Sequence record: DRR378314_808 | Direction: 5' to 3' (one strand) | Length of the DNA: 32,091 nucleotides | In this document: positions 29,555 to 32,091 of the stretch, piece after piece | Layout of the letters: the number at the start of each line of letters is the position of its first letter | Numbering within the stretch: position 1 is the stretch's first letter | Made by a program: the position numbers and the translations under genes | The notes under the pieces: model-generated | The model's database searches: none | Told to the model about the DNA's origin: nothing | The model's input: only the letters and a program-made list of their open reading frames with translations

Positions 29555-31957
29555 TTAGTGTTTAAAGGACAATGTCCTGGTCTCTCCTGTCTCAATAGTT
29601 ATAATTTCACTTTTATCACCAGTAAATACCTCAACTTCACCTGCAACCAGTGAAGTGATTCTTGCAACGGTGACCATTCCATCTTCCCATTCCATATCTA
29701 CTTCAAAATTACCTCGGGCTTTCAGTCCCTCAACTTTGCCGTTTTGCCATTGCTCGGGCAAGGCAGGTAAAAGGTATATCTTTCCAGGTACGTGAGATTG
29801 GATTAACATCTCAGCGATACCTGCAGTACCCCCAAAATTTCCATCGATCTGAAAAATACCAGGTGGATGCAGGTCGAAGAGGTTTGGGCCCAACTGTTCC
29901 CCGATAAGCCCTCTCAAATGGTCGTGTGCCTTTTCCCCGTTGCCAAGTCTGGCATAGAAATTAACGATCCAGGCCCGACTCCAGCCGGTTTGCCCTCCGC
30001 CGTCAGATAATCTACGCTCAATAGTTTTCTCGGCTGCTTCAAACAGATCTGATGTTTCTGGAGAAATTTCTGCCGAAGGATACAGCCCGAATAGGTGTGA
30101 AATATGCCGGTGTCCTGGCTCTACTTCTTCATAATCTTCATACCATTCTTGTATGGTTCCGTTAGAACCGACCTTTGTGCGTGGCAGTCGCTTCATTGCA
30201 GCATTAATCTGGCCAGAGATTTCATTTATTCCCAATTGTTTCTCAGACGCCAGACATGCTTCAAAAACGCTCCTTATTATTTGCATATCCATCGTTGCAG
30301 CTACAGTATTCATCTGTGATTTTCCTGTAGCTGGATTTATGTAGGAGTTTTCAGGAGAGTATGAAGGCGCTGTGACCAATTCACCTTTTTCGTTTTCCTT
30401 TAAAAAATCTAAGATAAATCTTGAAGCCCCTGAAAGAATTGGATAAACAGATTCCCTAAGATATTCTTCATCTTTAGTAAACTCATAATGTCTCCAAAGT
30501 GATAGTGACATCCATGCGCCTGCAAGCGGAAAGCAGTATCCATTTGCCACCTGCGATTTTTTATGTGAGCCTTTAGGTGTTACCCTACCAAATGGATTTG
30601 TTGCATGGTGTGCCATCCACCCCTCTGAGCCAATAAATTTTTGAGCAGGAACTTTACCTCTTTCAGCAATACCCTGCATAAAATTTGAAAGTGGAATTAT
30701 GGCTTCAGAAAGGTTACAGGTCTCAACCGGCCAATAATTCATTTGTAAATTGATATTGAGATGAAAATCAGACTCCCAGGGCGCCCACATCTTTTCACTC
30801 CATATCCCCTGCAGGCTGGAAGGTAAGACAGCCCGTCGCATCCCGCTCGACATCATCAAATAGCGACCGTATTGAAAGAAAAGTTGCTCAAGCCCCACAT
30901 CCTCCTTTCCTTGCGATAGTCTTTCTAATCTTTCTTTAGTTGAAAGGCTATCTGGTGATTTGGCTTCAATCTCTAGTTTTACCCGATTGAAAATCTCAGT
31001 ATGCTCTGTGATATGGTCTGTTTTAATTTGACCATATGAATCCTGTAGTGCTGACTTGAGTTTGTTGATCGAATTTTTCTTTGCATCAATACTTCTATCA
31101 AAATTCATCTCTGCTAAATTATAGTCCGTTGCTGCGCTTGAAATAAGCGTGAATGAAGTACTATTTTCAATATTTAGCTTGTTACCCAAAACCTTCATCT
31201 CACCATCCTGTGTAAGCACCCCGATGTGACTGGAAAATTTCATGTGATGACCCCCTTGACCAGACCCTCCTTTATTATCCTCATAACCATTTGGATCATC
31301 AAATATTTGACCGGTCACTTCAATAATTTGATCATCAATTAGACTAACAGTAACATCCTTTTCTCTCTGAAAATCAATCTGTGTAGAAAGTGGCTCGCCA
31401 TCAAGACTTTCAAACCGGTAAATCAAGACATCATAATCAGCAGAAATGAAAGACTCCCGTTTAAAACGCTTACCGTCAACTACATATTCAATAGTCAAAA
31501 TCCCGGTTTCTAAATTAAGGTCTCGTTTATAGGATTCAGATGTCCCGTTATGGTCGAATGTCAATAATAACTTACCCAATGGTTCGTAAGATCTAAAAGC
31601 CGTAGGTGAAACAGCAAGATTCTTCATAGCATAATCAAAGGCGTCATCATAGTTCCCCTCAAGGTTTAACTCTTGAAATTTCTGGTAGTGTAAGCCCACA
31701 TCTTCGGGATACGGGTCTTCAGGAATTCCTGCCCATAGGCTTTCTTCATTAAGATATAGTTTCTCATCCTTTACCCCACCAAAAACCATAGCGCCCAATC
31801 TACCATTACCCAGAGGAAGCGCCTCAAGCCATTCTGTGGCTGGTTCATTATACCAAAGTGAGTGCGTATAAACTGCACTGTCGTCTTTTTGATTGGAACA
31901 TGATGCTAAAAAATAGCAAAATGCCATCAGCGAAGGTTTAAAATATTTTGTAATCAT
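29555..31957 (-). CDS. GH95 alpha-L-fucosidase-type lipoprotein
   Basis: Lipobox [67 protein letters not shown]. Confidence 0.94.
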   Translation of the reverse strand: MITKYFKPSLMAFCYFLASCSNQKDDSAVYTHSLWYNEPATEWLEALPLGNGRLGAMVFGGVKDEKLYLNEESLWAGIPEDPYPEDVGLHYQKFQELNLEGNYDDAFDYAMKNLAVSPTAFRSYEPLGKLLLTFDHNGTSESYKRDLNLETGILTIEYVVDGKRFKRESFISADYDVLIYRFESLDGEPLSTQIDFQREKDVTVSLIDDQIIEVTGQIFDDPNGYEDNKGGSGQGGHHMKFSSHIGVLTQDGEMKVLGNKLNIENSTSFTLISSAATDYNLAEMNFDRSIDAKKNSINKLKSALQDSYGQIKTDHITEHTEIFNRVKLEIEAKSPDSLSTKERLERLSQGKEDVGLEQLFFQYGRYLMMSSGMRRAVLPSSLQGIWSEKMWAPWESDFHLNINLQMNYWPVETCNLSEAIIPLSNFMQGIAERGKVPAQKFIGSEGWMAHHATNPFGRVTPKGSHKKSQVANGYCFPLAGAWMSLSLWRHYEFTKDEEYLRESVYPILSGASRFILDFLKENEKGELVTAPSYSPENSYINPATGKSQMNTVAATMDMQIIRSVFEACLASEKQLGINEISGQINAAMKRLPRTKVGSNGTIQEWYEDYEEVEPGHRHISHLFGLYPSAEISPETSDLFEAAEKTIERRLSDGGGQTGWSRAWIVNFYARLGNGEKAHDHLRGLIGEQLGPNLFDLHPPGIFQIDGNFGGTAGIAEMLIQSHVPGKIYLLPALPEQWQNGKVEGLKARGNFEVDMEWEDGMVTVARITSLVAGEVEVFTGDKSEIITIETGETRTLSFKH

Positions 31958-32015
31958 CTTTATATTCTAGAATATTATTTCTCAATTTCACAGCTGTACA
32001 TTCAGCCATCTTCAT

Positions 32016-32038
32016 TGCAGATGTAGTTTAGATCTGCA
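32016..32038. promoter_or_regulatory. Imperfect inverted repeat made of two back-to-back -7-like elements (GH95 and tRNA)
   Basis: TGCAGATGTA-GTT-TAGATCTGCA, 9/10 symmetric. TAGATCTG (+) and TACATCTG (-) each match TAnnTTTG with one mismatch. Confidence 0.35.
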
Positions 32039-32061
32039 CTCATTAAACAATTCATATCTCA

Positions 32062-32091
32062 GGGGGATTAGCTCAGCTGGCTAGAGCGCTT
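32062..32091 (+). tRNA. tRNA-Ala, 5' part only (truncated by the window end; probably the GGC isoacceptor)
   Basis: GGGGGATTAGCTCAGCTGGCTAGAGCGCTT is an acceptor 5' strand with G3 plus the D-arm GCTC...GAGC. The anticodon is not visible. Confidence 0.85.

Overview
Bacteroidota DNA, probably Flavobacteriaceae: AT-rich, with TAnnTTTG promoter elements and Gln at +1 after most signal peptides. It has three parts. (1) 217-5122: a partly decayed cluster of small stress/membrane genes (AI-2E transporter, lmo0937-like peptide, DUF1328 and DUF892-like pseudogenes, VOC/PhnB, stand-alone response regulator, YihY). (2) 5350-26655: a divergently organised locus that looks dedicated to the branched plant furanose D-apiose and apiose-containing pectin (RG-II or apiogalacturonan). 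The left arm (minus) encodes DUF1593, DeoR, a fucose/arabinose-isomerase-family protein, split transketolase, a sugar ABC transporter with DUF2291, an FGGY kinase and an aceric-acid-type GH127. The right arm (plus) encodes three more DUF1593 paralogues, a GH140 apiosidase-like protein and a PL1 lyase. (3) 26997-32091: GH3, GH95 and the 5' part of a tRNA-Ala cut by the window end. The best candidate for an undescribed system is the set of four exported DUF1593 (nucleoside-hydrolase-like) paralogues between an apiosidase and the apiose catabolic operon, with a 10-bp tandem repeat between their back-to-back promoters. All family calls come from motif recognition by eye; no database search was run.
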